Shown here one piece after another: positions 25,950 through 35,357 of a stretch of DNA of 64,000 nucleotides. Where the stretch lies: assembly GCA_045605765.1 (NCBI GenBank), contig JAZUQQ010000027.1, positions 129,095 through 193,094 of the forward strand, given 5' to 3'. Both the position numbers and the translations under genes were made by a program. The stretch comes from Eubacteriales bacterium. Its GTDB lineage: Bacteria > Bacillota > Clostridia > Oscillospirales > CAG-272. The stretch's first letter is position 1. Each line of letters starts with the position of its first letter. The notes beneath the pieces are model-generated. The model was given only the letters and a program-made list of their open reading frames with translations, made no database searches and was not told the origin of the DNA.

Positions 25950-26747
25950 ATGAGGATCGCAGATGCTCACACACATATTTTTCCACAGAAAATAGCCGTA
26001 AAGGCATCAAAATCAATAGGCGATTTTTACGGACTTGATATGGCATTCCCTGCCGACGTTGACATTCTACGCGAAAACGAAAAAAAGATCGGAGCCGAGA
26101 GATGTCTTGTATGCTCCGCTGCGGTCACCGCATCGCAGGTTGTGAGCATAAATGATTTTATCTCATCAGAGTGCCGAAAGGCAAAGGCGGAGGGCGGTCT
26201 TATACTCATAGGATTTTGCGCCATTCATCCCGATTTTGTCGGTATAAGCGACGAGCTCGATCGCGCAAAAGAACTTGGGCTTGTTGGAGTAAAGCTTCAC
26301 AATGATTTTCAGAGATTCGATATAGATGATCCTAAGGCGATCCCGATGTACCGCGAGATCGCAAAGCGCGGTATGCCCCTGCTTTTCCACGCGGGAGACA
26401 ACAGATATGATTATTCCGCCCCGCGGAGAATAGCAAGCGTGATGAGACAGATTCCCGAGCTCACCGTAATTGCCTCGCATTTCGGAGGTTATCAGCGTTG
26501 GGATGATCTTGACTGCATACCACAAGATGCCAATATATATTTTGACACGTCAAGCTCACTTGATTTTCTGCCGATTGAAAAGGCAAATGCGATAATCGAG
26601 CGCTTCGGCACGGACAAGTTTATGTTCGGCACCGATTTCCCGATGTGGGATGCCGAAAAGGAGCTCGAAAGATTTATGAAGCTCGGTCTTTCGGAAAGCG
26701 AAAAAGAGGACGTGCTTTACAACAATTTCCGCCGTCTGTTCGGATGA
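25950..26747 (+). CDS. Metal-dependent amidohydrolase (amidohydrolase-2 / TIM-barrel family)
   Basis: MRIADAHTHIFP carries the HxH metal motif. Downstream elements are KLHNDFQ, LFHAGD and FGTDFPMWD. Start trimmed to the ATG at 25950. Confidence 0.75.
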   Translation: MRIADAHTHIFPQKIAVKASKSIGDFYGLDMAFPADVDILRENEKKIGAERCLVCSAAVTASQVVSINDFISSECRKAKAEGGLILIGFCAIHPDFVGISDELDRAKELGLVGVKLHNDFQRFDIDDPKAIPMYREIAKRGMPLLFHAGDNRYDYSAPRRIASVMRQIPELTVIASHFGGYQRWDDLDCIPQDANIYFDTSSSLDFLPIEKANAIIERFGTDKFMFGTDFPMWDAEKELERFMKLGLSESEKEDVLYNNFRRLFG

Positions 26748-26867
26748 AAATAAGAAAACCTGCCGCCGGTGCGGAGATCAGAATACAAAAAATGATCTCC
26801 GCGCACGGATGGAAGAATATTTTTACACAAATTTAATAAAAAAATTGCGATTTTGTATTTTTTCATA

Positions 26868-26896
26868 TTGACAAACCCATAAAAGTATGTTATACT
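26868..26896 (+). promoter_or_regulatory. Promoter of tRNA(CAT), and probably secG
   Basis: TTGACA, a 17-nt spacer and TATACT, about 35 nt upstream of the tRNA 5' end. Confidence 0.6.
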
Positions 26897-26930
26897 ATGG
26901 AGCACGCAGAAAATTTTCCTTATCATATAG

Positions 26931-27004
26931 GGGCCATTAGCTCAGTTGGTCAGAGCTACCGGCTCATAACCGGTTGGTCCGGGGTTCGAGTCCCTGATGG
27001 CCCA
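26931..27004 (+). tRNA. tRNA with anticodon CAT (elongator Met, or Ile2 after lysidine modification)
   Basis: Acceptor stem GGGCCAT/ATGGCCC, D-arm AGCTCAGTTGGTCAGAGCT, anticodon stem-loop ACCGG-CTCATAA-CCGGT and a GGTTCGAGTCC T-loop. CCA is not encoded. It is not an initiator, because pair 1-72 is matched and there is no GGG/CCC anticodon stem. Confidence 0.9.
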
Positions 27005-27096
27005 CTTACTTATGACCGCTTGTGCGAAAGACAAGCGGTCATATTACACCGCATTAAAAATAGTCCGTCTTACAGACGATTTACGGAGGAAATAAA

Positions 27097-27483
27097 GTGG
27101 AAATAGTTATTGGTGTTTTACTTATTCTCGTTTCGATTTTTCTTATAGTTGCAGTTCTTTTCCAGAGTAGCAAAAACGCTCGTCTTTCGGGTGCTATCGC
27201 AGGCGGCGCTGAAACCTTCTTCGGCAAGACCAAGGGCAAGACCATTGACAAGAAGCTCAGTTCGCTCACCATTATCGTAAGTATAATTTTTGCAATCGTA
27301 GTTCTTGCTCTTTATGCAATTCAGCCCGGCAAGGCAAAGATAAAGTACGACTACGACTACCTTGACAGTTACGTTGCGGGCGTTATCGACGGTTCTATCG
27401 AAGTTTCCGTTTCCGAGGAAGATGACGAGGAAGCAGAAGACGATCACAATCATGATCACGCGAGCGAGGACGCTGAGGGTTAA
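27097..27483 (+). CDS. secG: Preprotein translocase subunit SecG with an acidic/His-rich C-terminal tail
   Basis: GTG start behind GGAGGA. The two-TM core (LILVSIFLIVAVLFQSSKN..GG..FFGK) is followed by about 50 extra residues ending EEDDEEAEDDHNHDHASEDAEG. Confidence 0.85.
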   Translation: MEIVIGVLLILVSIFLIVAVLFQSSKNARLSGAIAGGAETFFGKTKGKTIDKKLSSLTIIVSIIFAIVVLALYAIQPGKAKIKYDYDYLDSYVAGVIDGSIEVSVSEEDDEEAEDDHNHDHASEDAEG

Positions 27484-27495
27484 TTTTAAAATCTG

Positions 27496-27533
27496 ACAAA
27501 CCATTTTGCAGTTGCAAAATGGTTTGTTTTTTG
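27496..27533 (+). terminator. secG intrinsic terminator
   Basis: Perfect 15-bp stem ACAAACCATTTTGCA-GT-TGCAAAATGGTTTGT followed by TTTTT. Confidence 0.85.
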
Positions 27534-27684
27534 TGAGAAGTATTGATTTACCGCTATAGCAATGATATATAATATAAAAATCTTCATTAAAAGGAATAGC
27601 ACCCCGAAAGCGAGTTGTCATCGAACCGCTCTAAAGAACAAATGACTGCACAGAAGACTCACTTGAAATAGTATAAAACAATAT

Positions 27685-27720
27685 TAAAAATGTAAAGACG
27701 GCGTTTTCACGCCGTCTTTC
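27685..27720 (-). terminator. Terminator of the M23 peptidase gene
   Basis: AAAGACGGCG-TTTTCA-CGCCGTCTTT with T runs on both strands. Confidence 0.7.
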
Positions 27721-27722
27721 TT

Positions 27723-28487
27723 TTATTCTTGCTCTATATTGGAAGGTTTATCTGAGTATTCGAGATATTCAAGGGGATCGGCAGAATTTCCGCTTATTTC
27801 AAGCTCAAAATGAAGGTGTGCTTCGTCCGAAAACTCGACCATCGCGCTCTCTCCGACATATCCTATAACCTCACCGCTCTTTACTTCCTTACCCTCAACT
27901 ATGCTTTCAGGCAGAGCGTCGCCGAGATTTTTATAGTGTGACACCACGCCGTCCTTATGCTCAATGCTTACACAGTATCCCATAAATGGGTCATAATAAA
28001 CGCCTTCTATCTTTCCGTCAAGGCAAGCCTTGACCTCGCTTCCGGCAGACGCCGAAATGTCAATTCCGCTATGCGTGCGATAATCTCCCAGGGTAAGAGA
28101 GTAAACAAGCTCTTCGGTGCTGTGAGGCTTGAAAACATACCCTTCCACCGGATAGGACCATTTGGGTTCATCCGGCACGGGAACTATCGTTTCCTGATCG
28201 TTATTTCCGGGTTTTTCGTTCTTTCCCGTGTCATCACTAGGATCGTCGCTCGGCTTTTCGTCCTTTTCGTCCGTGTCGGGAATCTGTCCGTTTCCGACGT
28301 CATCACCCTGAGGGGGATTTTGTCCGATATCGTCACCGTCATCGATAGGCGGCTTTGTCTGGTCGTCCCTACCTATTTTCGCAAGTGCTACGGTAAACAC
28401 GGTCACCGTAACAATAAGCATAGCCGCAAGTGCGACAGCTATCACGACAGACAGTTTTTTGCTTGACAATTTAAATCGACCGTTCAT
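27723..28487 (-). CDS. Membrane-anchored M23 (LytM-type) metallopeptidase; possible SpoIIQ-like protein
   Basis: N-terminal TM anchor and a low-complexity P/D/G-rich linker. The M23 motifs HSGID and HLHFE are intact. The SpoIIQ idea rests only on architecture and proximity to spoIIE. Confidence 0.75.
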   Translation of the reverse strand: MNGRFKLSSKKLSVVIAVALAAMLIVTVTVFTVALAKIGRDDQTKPPIDDGDDIGQNPPQGDDVGNGQIPDTDEKDEKPSDDPSDDTGKNEKPGNNDQETIVPVPDEPKWSYPVEGYVFKPHSTEELVYSLTLGDYRTHSGIDISASAGSEVKACLDGKIEGVYYDPFMGYCVSIEHKDGVVSHYKNLGDALPESIVEGKEVKSGEVIGYVGESAMVEFSDEAHLHFELEISGNSADPLEYLEYSDKPSNIEQE

Positions 28488-28820
28488 TATAAATCAATCC
28501 TTCCTTAATTTTCGAAGCTTTGCGCTATGCCGCCCGATATGTTCTCGGAAAACGCAAAATGCTCCGTGCGAAAGTGTCGTTTGAATTAGAGACATATACT
28601 AAATATCTCTTCGACTCTTACGCCTCTTGTTTGCACCGTCTTTTGTCCTTCTTATTTTTACCTTTTAAAGAGCATTTATACAAAAAAATCAGAGTTCTGT
28701 TGCTTTTTGACCTCTGTTTTTGCACTTTATGATAAGAAAACTCACAAAGTTTTTGTCTGTTAGATCAAAATGCGATATATTTTTTTAAAATAACAAAGCA
28801 TAATATTAAAAAAACTTTTT

Positions 28821-28868
28821 TTCGACCCTTTCCTTTCGACCTATTATTTAAGTATCTTGTTGTAGAAT
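28821..28868 (+). promoter_or_regulatory. Putative spoIIE promoter with two Spo0A-box-like repeats
   Basis: TTCGACC occurs at 28821-28827 and 28835-28841. Its reverse complement GGTCGAA matches 6 of 7 positions of the 0A box TGTCGAA. TAGAAT -10 at 28863-28868. Confidence 0.35.
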
Positions 28869-28909
28869 ATTTTTGATAAATCTCGTAAAAATCGAAAGGA
28901 AATGAAAAA

Positions 28910-31339
28910 ATGCAAAATAATCGGGATAAACGGACTGTAAAATTATTTAAAAAAATCTATCATGAGATATACGACAGGCTTGTCGAGGTAAAAAAGGCGA
29001 GCGTCGATTTTCTCGGGCGGCTCGGAGAGGAGCAGGACAAGCTCGTTCTCGGACAAGCCGCAGAAAACGCAAATGTCACCGAGGGCTACCGCCTCAGACG
29101 GCGCGCCGCCTTTTCTCTGCTCTTTGCGTTGCTCGGGTTTCTGTTTGCAAGTGGAGAGACCTTCTTCGGCGCACGACCTTTCGCCCTTGCGCTTCTCAGT
29201 GCATCGGGATACGCAGGAACGGTATTCGTTTACATAGGCGCTGTCGCAGGCGCGCTCGTTTCGGGAGAAGCTATCGTTGCAAGTATAGTGACATACACTC
29301 TGACTCTCGGTGTACGGCTTATACTTTCCTCGCACGCAGATGCCAGTATTGCAATAAAAAGCTTTGAGGAAAATCTAACTCTACGCTGTCTTATTGCGAG
29401 CATTGCGGGATTTTCTCTCGGATTAAGCGGAGTTATATCTGAAAGATTTTCACCTCAATCGGTCTACATTATGCTGTTTTTGACCTTGTCGGTGCCGATA
29501 TTCACAGCCACATTCAGAGCCTCGCTCGGCAGGGGCGCAGGCTCGACCTTGCGCGACTTTTCGGTCTGCATTCTTCTCTTTGTGCTTATATATTCACTAC
29601 GGGAGCACATCATTTTCGGACTTTCCTTTGCGGTGATCGTGGCCGCGCTCGTGGTTTTCTACGTCTCGGCAGCAAACGGCTTCTTGCGCGGAACGCTCGT
29701 CGGAATAATCTGCGGACTTGCCTTCGATCCTATCGTTGCTCCTGCTTTTGCGGTACTCGGAATGGCGTCGGGAGCTCTGCGAATCGTCGGAGTGGGCGTT
29801 TCGGTCTCTCTTTCTACTATTCTCTCCTGTATTATGCTCGTTTACATCGACGGTACGTCACTTCTTTTATCGCTTGCAGGTAATATTTTGTTTGCTGCCG
29901 TCATTTTCTGGCCGCTATCAAAAAGCGGAGTTTTGCCCGGCTTTGCACTGTTTTCGGGTCCGCACGAAGGCGTCGAGCGCAAATATGCCGAGGAGAAACG
30001 CAGAATATCAGAGCGTGACCGTCTCACCGCAATGTCCGAGTCCTTTGATGCGCTCGCGACGACATTTCTGAAAATATCGGACAAGCAACGCTATCCGGGA
30101 AGCTACGAGCTCCGAGAGATGTGCAACGCGGTCATAACCAAACATTGTCGACACTGTCCTCTGAATGTTCTCTGTTGGCAAAAAGATTATGAGGACAGTT
30201 CTGAGATGATAGACTCGGTCGTAGAGATTCTGCGTAAGGGCGGATCGCTCGATCGCGATGGTCTTCCCGAAAAATTCAAAAAGCGTTGCCGAAGCACCGA
30301 CAGAATACTAAACGATATAAATTCGGGTGCGGCAGAGCTTCTTGAAACCGCCATAAAACGCGACAAGACACAGCTCTTTGCACTAGACTATGAAGCAATG
30401 TCCGAACTTCTGCGCGATGCGGTATCCGAAAACGACTACGAATTCGAGCCCGACACACAGCTTGCAAAAAACGCATCAAACATACTCGGAAGACTGGGTG
30501 TCCGCTCTGCGGCGTGGGGTGCTTGGGGAAAAAGAAAAAAGACGCTGGTAGCATCGGGCATAGATATAGGAACTCTCGCGCTCAGCGCATCTGAAATAAG
30601 GCGTGCACTGTGTGACGGCACAGGACTTTCACTCGGCGAGCCTAAATTCGTTTTTGAGGGAGACTACGTAACTATGACCGTTGAGAGCCGCGAAAATTAC
30701 TCCATAGAATCCTTCACTATCGGAAGCAAGAAAAAAGACGAAAATGAAAGCGGAGATATTATCCGCACATTTGAGTCGGACGGAAAACTAAGCTACGCTA
30801 TAATCTGCGACGGTATGGGAAGCGGTCAGCGAGCGGCAGAATGTGCGGGAATATCGGCACTTTTTATTGAAAAGATGCTTTCTGCGGGCAATTTCAAGAA
30901 CGTCACAATGAAGATGCTCTCCAACTTTATTCGCTCGCGCGGAGAGGAATGTCACTGTACGGTAGATCTTTTCGAATTCGACCGTCTCTCAGGCGAAGGT
31001 GTCTTTGTGAAATGCGGTGCAGCCGCATCTTATATTCTGCGCGGCGGAAACCTTTTTAAAATCGACGCTAACACGATGCCCCTCGGAATAACACGCGAAA
31101 TAAATGCCGAGAATATCAAAATGAACCTTCAAAGCGATGATATCATTGTTATGATGAGCGACGGGGTCGCCCATTGCCTTGAAGATGCGCTTTGGGTTCC
31201 CGAAGTCATAATCTCCTGCGGAAAATCCTCGTGCGAGGATACCGCGCGTGCGCTCTACTCACGCGCCATCAGCGAAAACGGACAAGAGGACGACATAAGC
31301 ATCGCTGTTATGAAGGTATGTGATATAGTTGCAGCTTAA
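28910..31339 (+). CDS. spoIIE: Stage II sporulation protein E (PP2C phosphatase)
   Basis: 809 aa with about 10 N-terminal TM helices and a C-terminal PP2C domain (SGDII..AIICDGMGSGQRAA..MMSDGV..DDISIAVMKV). Confidence 0.9.
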   Translation: MQNNRDKRTVKLFKKIYHEIYDRLVEVKKASVDFLGRLGEEQDKLVLGQAAENANVTEGYRLRRRAAFSLLFALLGFLFASGETFFGARPFALALLSASGYAGTVFVYIGAVAGALVSGEAIVASIVTYTLTLGVRLILSSHADASIAIKSFEENLTLRCLIASIAGFSLGLSGVISERFSPQSVYIMLFLTLSVPIFTATFRASLGRGAGSTLRDFSVCILLFVLIYSLREHIIFGLSFAVIVAALVVFYVSAANGFLRGTLVGIICGLAFDPIVAPAFAVLGMASGALRIVGVGVSVSLSTILSCIMLVYIDGTSLLLSLAGNILFAAVIFWPLSKSGVLPGFALFSGPHEGVERKYAEEKRRISERDRLTAMSESFDALATTFLKISDKQRYPGSYELREMCNAVITKHCRHCPLNVLCWQKDYEDSSEMIDSVVEILRKGGSLDRDGLPEKFKKRCRSTDRILNDINSGAAELLETAIKRDKTQLFALDYEAMSELLRDAVSENDYEFEPDTQLAKNASNILGRLGVRSAAWGAWGKRKKTLVASGIDIGTLALSASEIRRALCDGTGLSLGEPKFVFEGDYVTMTVESRENYSIESFTIGSKKKDENESGDIIRTFESDGKLSYAIICDGMGSGQRAAECAGISALFIEKMLSAGNFKNVTMKMLSNFIRSRGEECHCTVDLFEFDRLSGEGVFVKCGAAASYILRGGNLFKIDANTMPLGITREINAENIKMNLQSDDIIVMMSDGVAHCLEDALWVPEVIISCGKSSCEDTARALYSRAISENGQEDDISIAVMKVCDIVAA

Positions 31340-31343
31340 ACTA

Positions 31344-31392
31344 AAAACTGCTTTGAAGTGGTAACACACTCAAAGCAGTTTTTGTTTTTTTG
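31344..31392. terminator. Bidirectional terminator (spoIIE / metH)
   Basis: AAAACTGCTTTGA-loop-TCAAAGCAGTTTT followed by TGTTTTTTT. Confidence 0.8.
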
Positions 31393-31399
31393 ATTGTTT

Positions 31400-33799
31400 T
31401 TATCCGCACACCATCTCGGCGTATCTGACCGCTTCCATCGCATCGCGCGCGTATTTATCCGCACCAATAGCATTTGCGTATTCCTCATTCAAAACCGCAC
31501 CGCCAACTATGACCTTGCACCAAGGAGCCTGTTTTCTGAGAAGCTTTATAGTCTCCTCCATAGCAGGCACAGTCGTAGTCATAAGAGCGCTCAGTCCGAT
31601 TATCGGAGCGTGAAGCTCTACCGTCTTTTCGACGATAGCTTCGGGTGAAACGTCGCGTCCGAGGTCACAGACGTCAAAGCCGTAATTTTCGAGCAGGAGC
31701 TTTACGATGTTCTTTCCGATATCGTGGATATCACCCTTGACTGTCGCAAGAACGAAAGAACCTCTATTCGAAGAATTTTCACCCCGAAGCGCAAGCTTTA
31801 TCTGCTCAAAAGAACTCTTTGCCGCCTCGGCACTCATAAGAAGCTGAGGCAGATAGACCCTTTTCTTCTCAAATCCCTCACCCACGATATTTAGCGCGGG
31901 AATTATATCATTTTGAACGACTGAAAGCGGGTCTTCGCTCTTTATAAGCTCGTCAGTAAGTACCGCCGCGCGTTCTTTAAGTCCCCTTACTATCGCATTT
32001 TGAAGCTCGGAAGCGTATTCGGTCCTTTCTGCCGTCTCCGTGCTCTTTGCTACGGCGTGGCTCGTTTCGGTCGTAATCGACTGTGCAAAGTCAATATAAT
32101 TTGCGCAGTTAACGTCTTTGCCCGAAAGCGCAAGATACGCCCTGTAAGACTTCATCATTTCGAGCGAATAAGGGTTCATTATAGCCGCCGAAAGTCCGTT
32201 TTGCATAGCGAGCGCAAAGAACGTTCCGTTTATTGCATCTCTCTGAGGAAGTCCGAAGGAGACATTGGAAACTCCGAGTGAAGTATGGCAACCAAGTTTA
32301 TTTTTTATAAGATAAACCGCTCGTAAGGTCTCCTTTGCGGCAAAACTGTCCGCGCTGATGGTGAGCGCGAGAGGGTCGAAGATAATATCTTTCCTGTCTA
32401 TACCGTATCTTTCGGCTTCGGCAAGTATTTTCTCGGCTATTTTCAGCCTGTCCTCGGCTTTTTCGGGGATTCCGCTTTCATCGAGAGTGAGCGCAACAAC
32501 AAGTCCGCCGTATTTCTTTGCAAGCGGAAAGACGCTCTCCATACTTTCTTTTTTTCCGCTGACCGAATTTATCATAGCCTTGCCGTTATAACGTCGGAGC
32601 GCTGCCTCCATCGCGCTTGCGTCTGAGGTATCTATCTGCAATGGCAGGTCGATTATCGCTTGAAGCTCTGTCACCGATGATGTCAACATTTTGACCTCGT
32701 CTATTTCAGGCAGTCCGACATTGACATCAAGTATATGCACCCCTGCATCCTGCTGAGCGAGACCTTCCTTTAAGATATAGTCGATATCGTTCGCTTTGAG
32801 CGCTTCCTTAAAGCTTTTTTTGCCCGTAGGGTTGATCCGCTCTCCGATAAGCAGAGGTATATCGTCAAATATTACGGCGTGAGTATATGAGGATACTGAC
32901 GTAATATTCTTTTTTTCTATCGATTTTGGCGTGATATTCGCGGTTTTTTCAACAAGCGCGGATATATATTCAGGCGTCGTTCCGCAGCAACCGCCCGCGA
33001 TACGCACTCCTTTTTCTAAAAGCGAGGCAACATCGCCAGCAAACTCGTCGGATGAAAGGTCATAAACGGTCTTGCCACCGATCACTCTGGGAAGCCCTGC
33101 ATTAGGTTTAATTATTACAGGAATCGATGCAAATTCGAGATATTTGGAAACGACGTCGATAAGCGCCTTCGGTCCCAGCGAGCAGTTTGCACCGATAGCA
33201 TCCGCACCCATTCCCTCGAGCATCGCGACCATTGCCTCGGCAGATGCGCCGGTCATAAGCTTATTGTCCTCGCTGTAAGCGTTTGAAACAAAAACGGGAA
33301 GATCGCAGTTTTCCTTTGCCGCAAGGAGCGCGGCTTTGGTCTCATAGCTATCGTTCATCGTCTCGATGAAAATAAGGTCTACGCCGTATTTTACACCGAT
33401 TTTTACTGTCTCGGCAAAAAGCTTTACCGCGTCCTCAAAGTCAAGGTCTCCGTAAGGCGCGAGCATTCTGCCCGAAGGTCCGATATTGAGCGCAATAAAT
33501 TTTTCCTGAGGCGCGTTGCTCTCTTCTCTTGCAACTTTAGCGTTTTCAACGGCGGCTTTTACGACCGCGTCAAGTTCATTTTTCGAGAATTTAAGCAGAT
33601 TTGCACCAAAAGTATTCGTGTTTACGACGTTTGCTCCCGCGTCAAAATAGTCGCGGTGTATATTTTTTATCACCTCGGGATGGGTAATATTCCAGCTTTC
33701 GGGGAGCTCGCCCATTTCAAGACCATTGTCTTGAAGAAAAGTCCCCATAGCGCCATCGAGATAAATTATATTATTTTTGAAAAATTCTCTTATATTCAC
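31400..33799 (-). CDS. metH: Methionine synthase core (Hcy-binding + pterin-binding + cobalamin-binding domains)
   Basis: YLDGAMGT, GANCSLGP and GGCCGTTPEYI (Zn site); a pterin-binding barrel; B12 motif GDIHDIGKN. Start placed at the GTG at 33799 (VNIREFF), which overlaps the upstream TGA as GTGA. Confidence 0.88.
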   Translation of the reverse strand: MNIREFFKNNIIYLDGAMGTFLQDNGLEMGELPESWNITHPEVIKNIHRDYFDAGANVVNTNTFGANLLKFSKNELDAVVKAAVENAKVAREESNAPQEKFIALNIGPSGRMLAPYGDLDFEDAVKLFAETVKIGVKYGVDLIFIETMNDSYETKAALLAAKENCDLPVFVSNAYSEDNKLMTGASAEAMVAMLEGMGADAIGANCSLGPKALIDVVSKYLEFASIPVIIKPNAGLPRVIGGKTVYDLSSDEFAGDVASLLEKGVRIAGGCCGTTPEYISALVEKTANITPKSIEKKNITSVSSYTHAVIFDDIPLLIGERINPTGKKSFKEALKANDIDYILKEGLAQQDAGVHILDVNVGLPEIDEVKMLTSSVTELQAIIDLPLQIDTSDASAMEAALRRYNGKAMINSVSGKKESMESVFPLAKKYGGLVVALTLDESGIPEKAEDRLKIAEKILAEAERYGIDRKDIIFDPLALTISADSFAAKETLRAVYLIKNKLGCHTSLGVSNVSFGLPQRDAINGTFFALAMQNGLSAAIMNPYSLEMMKSYRAYLALSGKDVNCANYIDFAQSITTETSHAVAKSTETAERTEYASELQNAIVRGLKERAAVLTDELIKSEDPLSVVQNDIIPALNIVGEGFEKKRVYLPQLLMSAEAAKSSFEQIKLALRGENSSNRGSFVLATVKGDIHDIGKNIVKLLLENYGFDVCDLGRDVSPEAIVEKTVELHAPIIGLSALMTTTVPAMEETIKLLRKQAPWCKVIVGGAVLNEEYANAIGADKYARDAMEAVRYAEMVCG

Positions 33800-34428
33800 T
33801 GCTTCTCTCCCAAGTTTAGTGTAAAGTCCTCTTTTATTCCTATAATTGCCGTGACCGACTTGCTCGGTGACATAAGAAAGGACTCGTTTAAAGTAAGTCC
33901 TATCTTCCGCTGACAGTCGAGAGTACAAAATATCTCTTTTTGAAGCTCTATCGGAAGATCTCCGTAGCCTGCACTAAAACGCGGACGGCAGAGCTTCCCT
34001 TCCATCTTTTTCTCTGTGGCAATTTCTCTGTTAAAAGCATCACACAGGCTTTCGATGCGCTCTGCGCCTATTGCCTGAAAAATCAGCGCTTTTGACGGTA
34101 AAATACGCGCGTATTTTGCGACAAGTCTATCGAGAGACAGTCCGACAGTCGCTGCAAAAAGTACGATGCTTTCGCATTCTTCAAGGTTTCTCATAAGGTC
34201 ACGCGAACGTGTGACGGCAAAGGTGAGATCGAGAGCGTTTTTCATTCTCTTGATCGGAAACTCTCGGTAGCAGACCTTGTAAGTCAGTTTCCCCTCTGCC
34301 TCGGCAAGACACTCCTTCACGAGCTTTGATATCTCGTGCGTAGCCTCGCGCGCTCGCGCGTAGTGAAGAATCTCTTTTTCGTTATATTCGGGTGCATCAA
34401 ACGATCGCACCGTAACCGCGCTCAACAC
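33796..34428 (-). CDS. Stand-alone methionine synthase reactivation (AdoMet-binding) domain protein
   Basis: 210 aa. RPRFSAGYGDLPIELQKEIF..LTLNESFLMSPSKSVTAIIGI resembles the MetH activation domain. Confidence 0.7.
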   Translation of the reverse strand: MLSAVTVRSFDAPEYNEKEILHYARAREATHEISKLVKECLAEAEGKLTYKVCYREFPIKRMKNALDLTFAVTRSRDLMRNLEECESIVLFAATVGLSLDRLVAKYARILPSKALIFQAIGAERIESLCDAFNREIATEKKMEGKLCRPRFSAGYGDLPIELQKEIFCTLDCQRKIGLTLNESFLMSPSKSVTAIIGIKEDFTLNLGEKQ

Positions 34429-35306
34429 GGTTTTCCGAGAATATCCGAGAGATTTGCCTGTATCTTCTCGGCAACGTCGGGCTTGTTCATCGAATAAACG
34501 TGAACGTTCGTTATACCGTTTGCAAACAGGTCGATTATCTGATCTGTCGCATAGGCAATTCCCGCCTGCTTCATAGAATCGCTCGACGGGCCGAATTTAT
34601 CAACAAGACTTTTAAATCTCTGAGGCATAAACGAACCCGAAAGCTTTATCGCACGTTCGACCTGATTTCCGTTGGTTATAGGCATAACGCCCGGAATTAT
34701 CGGAACGTTTATTCCCGCCTCGCGTATCTTATAAAGGAAATTATAGAGTAGATTATTGTCAAAAAACATCTGCGTAGTAAGAAAAGAGCATCCCGCGTCT
34801 ACCTTTTCTTTAAGATACTTTATATCCTCTTTCTGATTTGCGCTTTCGGGATGTATCTCGGGATAGCAGGCTCCGCCGATGCAGAAATCCGCACCGCTTT
34901 CTTTTATATCTCGGATAAGATCCACGGCGTGGCGGTAAGCCCATTTGCTTCTGTCGCTCTTTTCAAGCTCGGGCGTGAGGTCGCCGCGAAGCGCCATTAC
35001 GTTTTCTATTCCTGCGTCACGAATAGCCGAGATTTTTTCGCGAACGGTCTCCCTTGTAGAAGACACACAGGTAAGATGCGCAAGCGTGGGCACTCCGTAG
35101 TATTCCTTGATATTCTTTGAAATTTCGAGTGTGTATTTACTCGTTCCGCCGCCCGCGCCGTATGTAACGCTCATAAACGAGGGACGAAGTCTTGCTATCT
35201 CCTCGGTTGCGTGTCTGACACTGTCAAAGGCACTATCCGTTTTAGGTGGAAAAACCTCAAACGAGAGTGAAAATTTGTCCTGATTTAAAAGCTTATCGAG
35301 TTTCAT
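34422..35306 (-). CDS. metF: 5,10-methylenetetrahydrofolate reductase
   Basis: 294 aa. FSLSFEVFPPKT..SVTYGAGGGT..HLTC..ALRGD. Confidence 0.9.
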   Translation of the reverse strand: MKLDKLLNQDKFSLSFEVFPPKTDSAFDSVRHATEEIARLRPSFMSVTYGAGGGTSKYTLEISKNIKEYYGVPTLAHLTCVSSTRETVREKISAIRDAGIENVMALRGDLTPELEKSDRSKWAYRHAVDLIRDIKESGADFCIGGACYPEIHPESANQKEDIKYLKEKVDAGCSFLTTQMFFDNNLLYNFLYKIREAGINVPIIPGVMPITNGNQVERAIKLSGSFMPQRFKSLVDKFGPSSDSMKQAGIAYATDQIIDLFANGITNVHVYSMNKPDVAEKIQANLSDILGKPC

Positions 35307-35357
35307 TTAAGTAATTACCTTTCGTGAGTTTATATAAAAGCTTTGTTGTAAAATTTA

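Noticed and set aside
35307-35357. SAM riboswitch or T-box upstream of metF
   Set aside because: The gap is 51 nt and contains only an RBS, leaving no room for a riboswitch.
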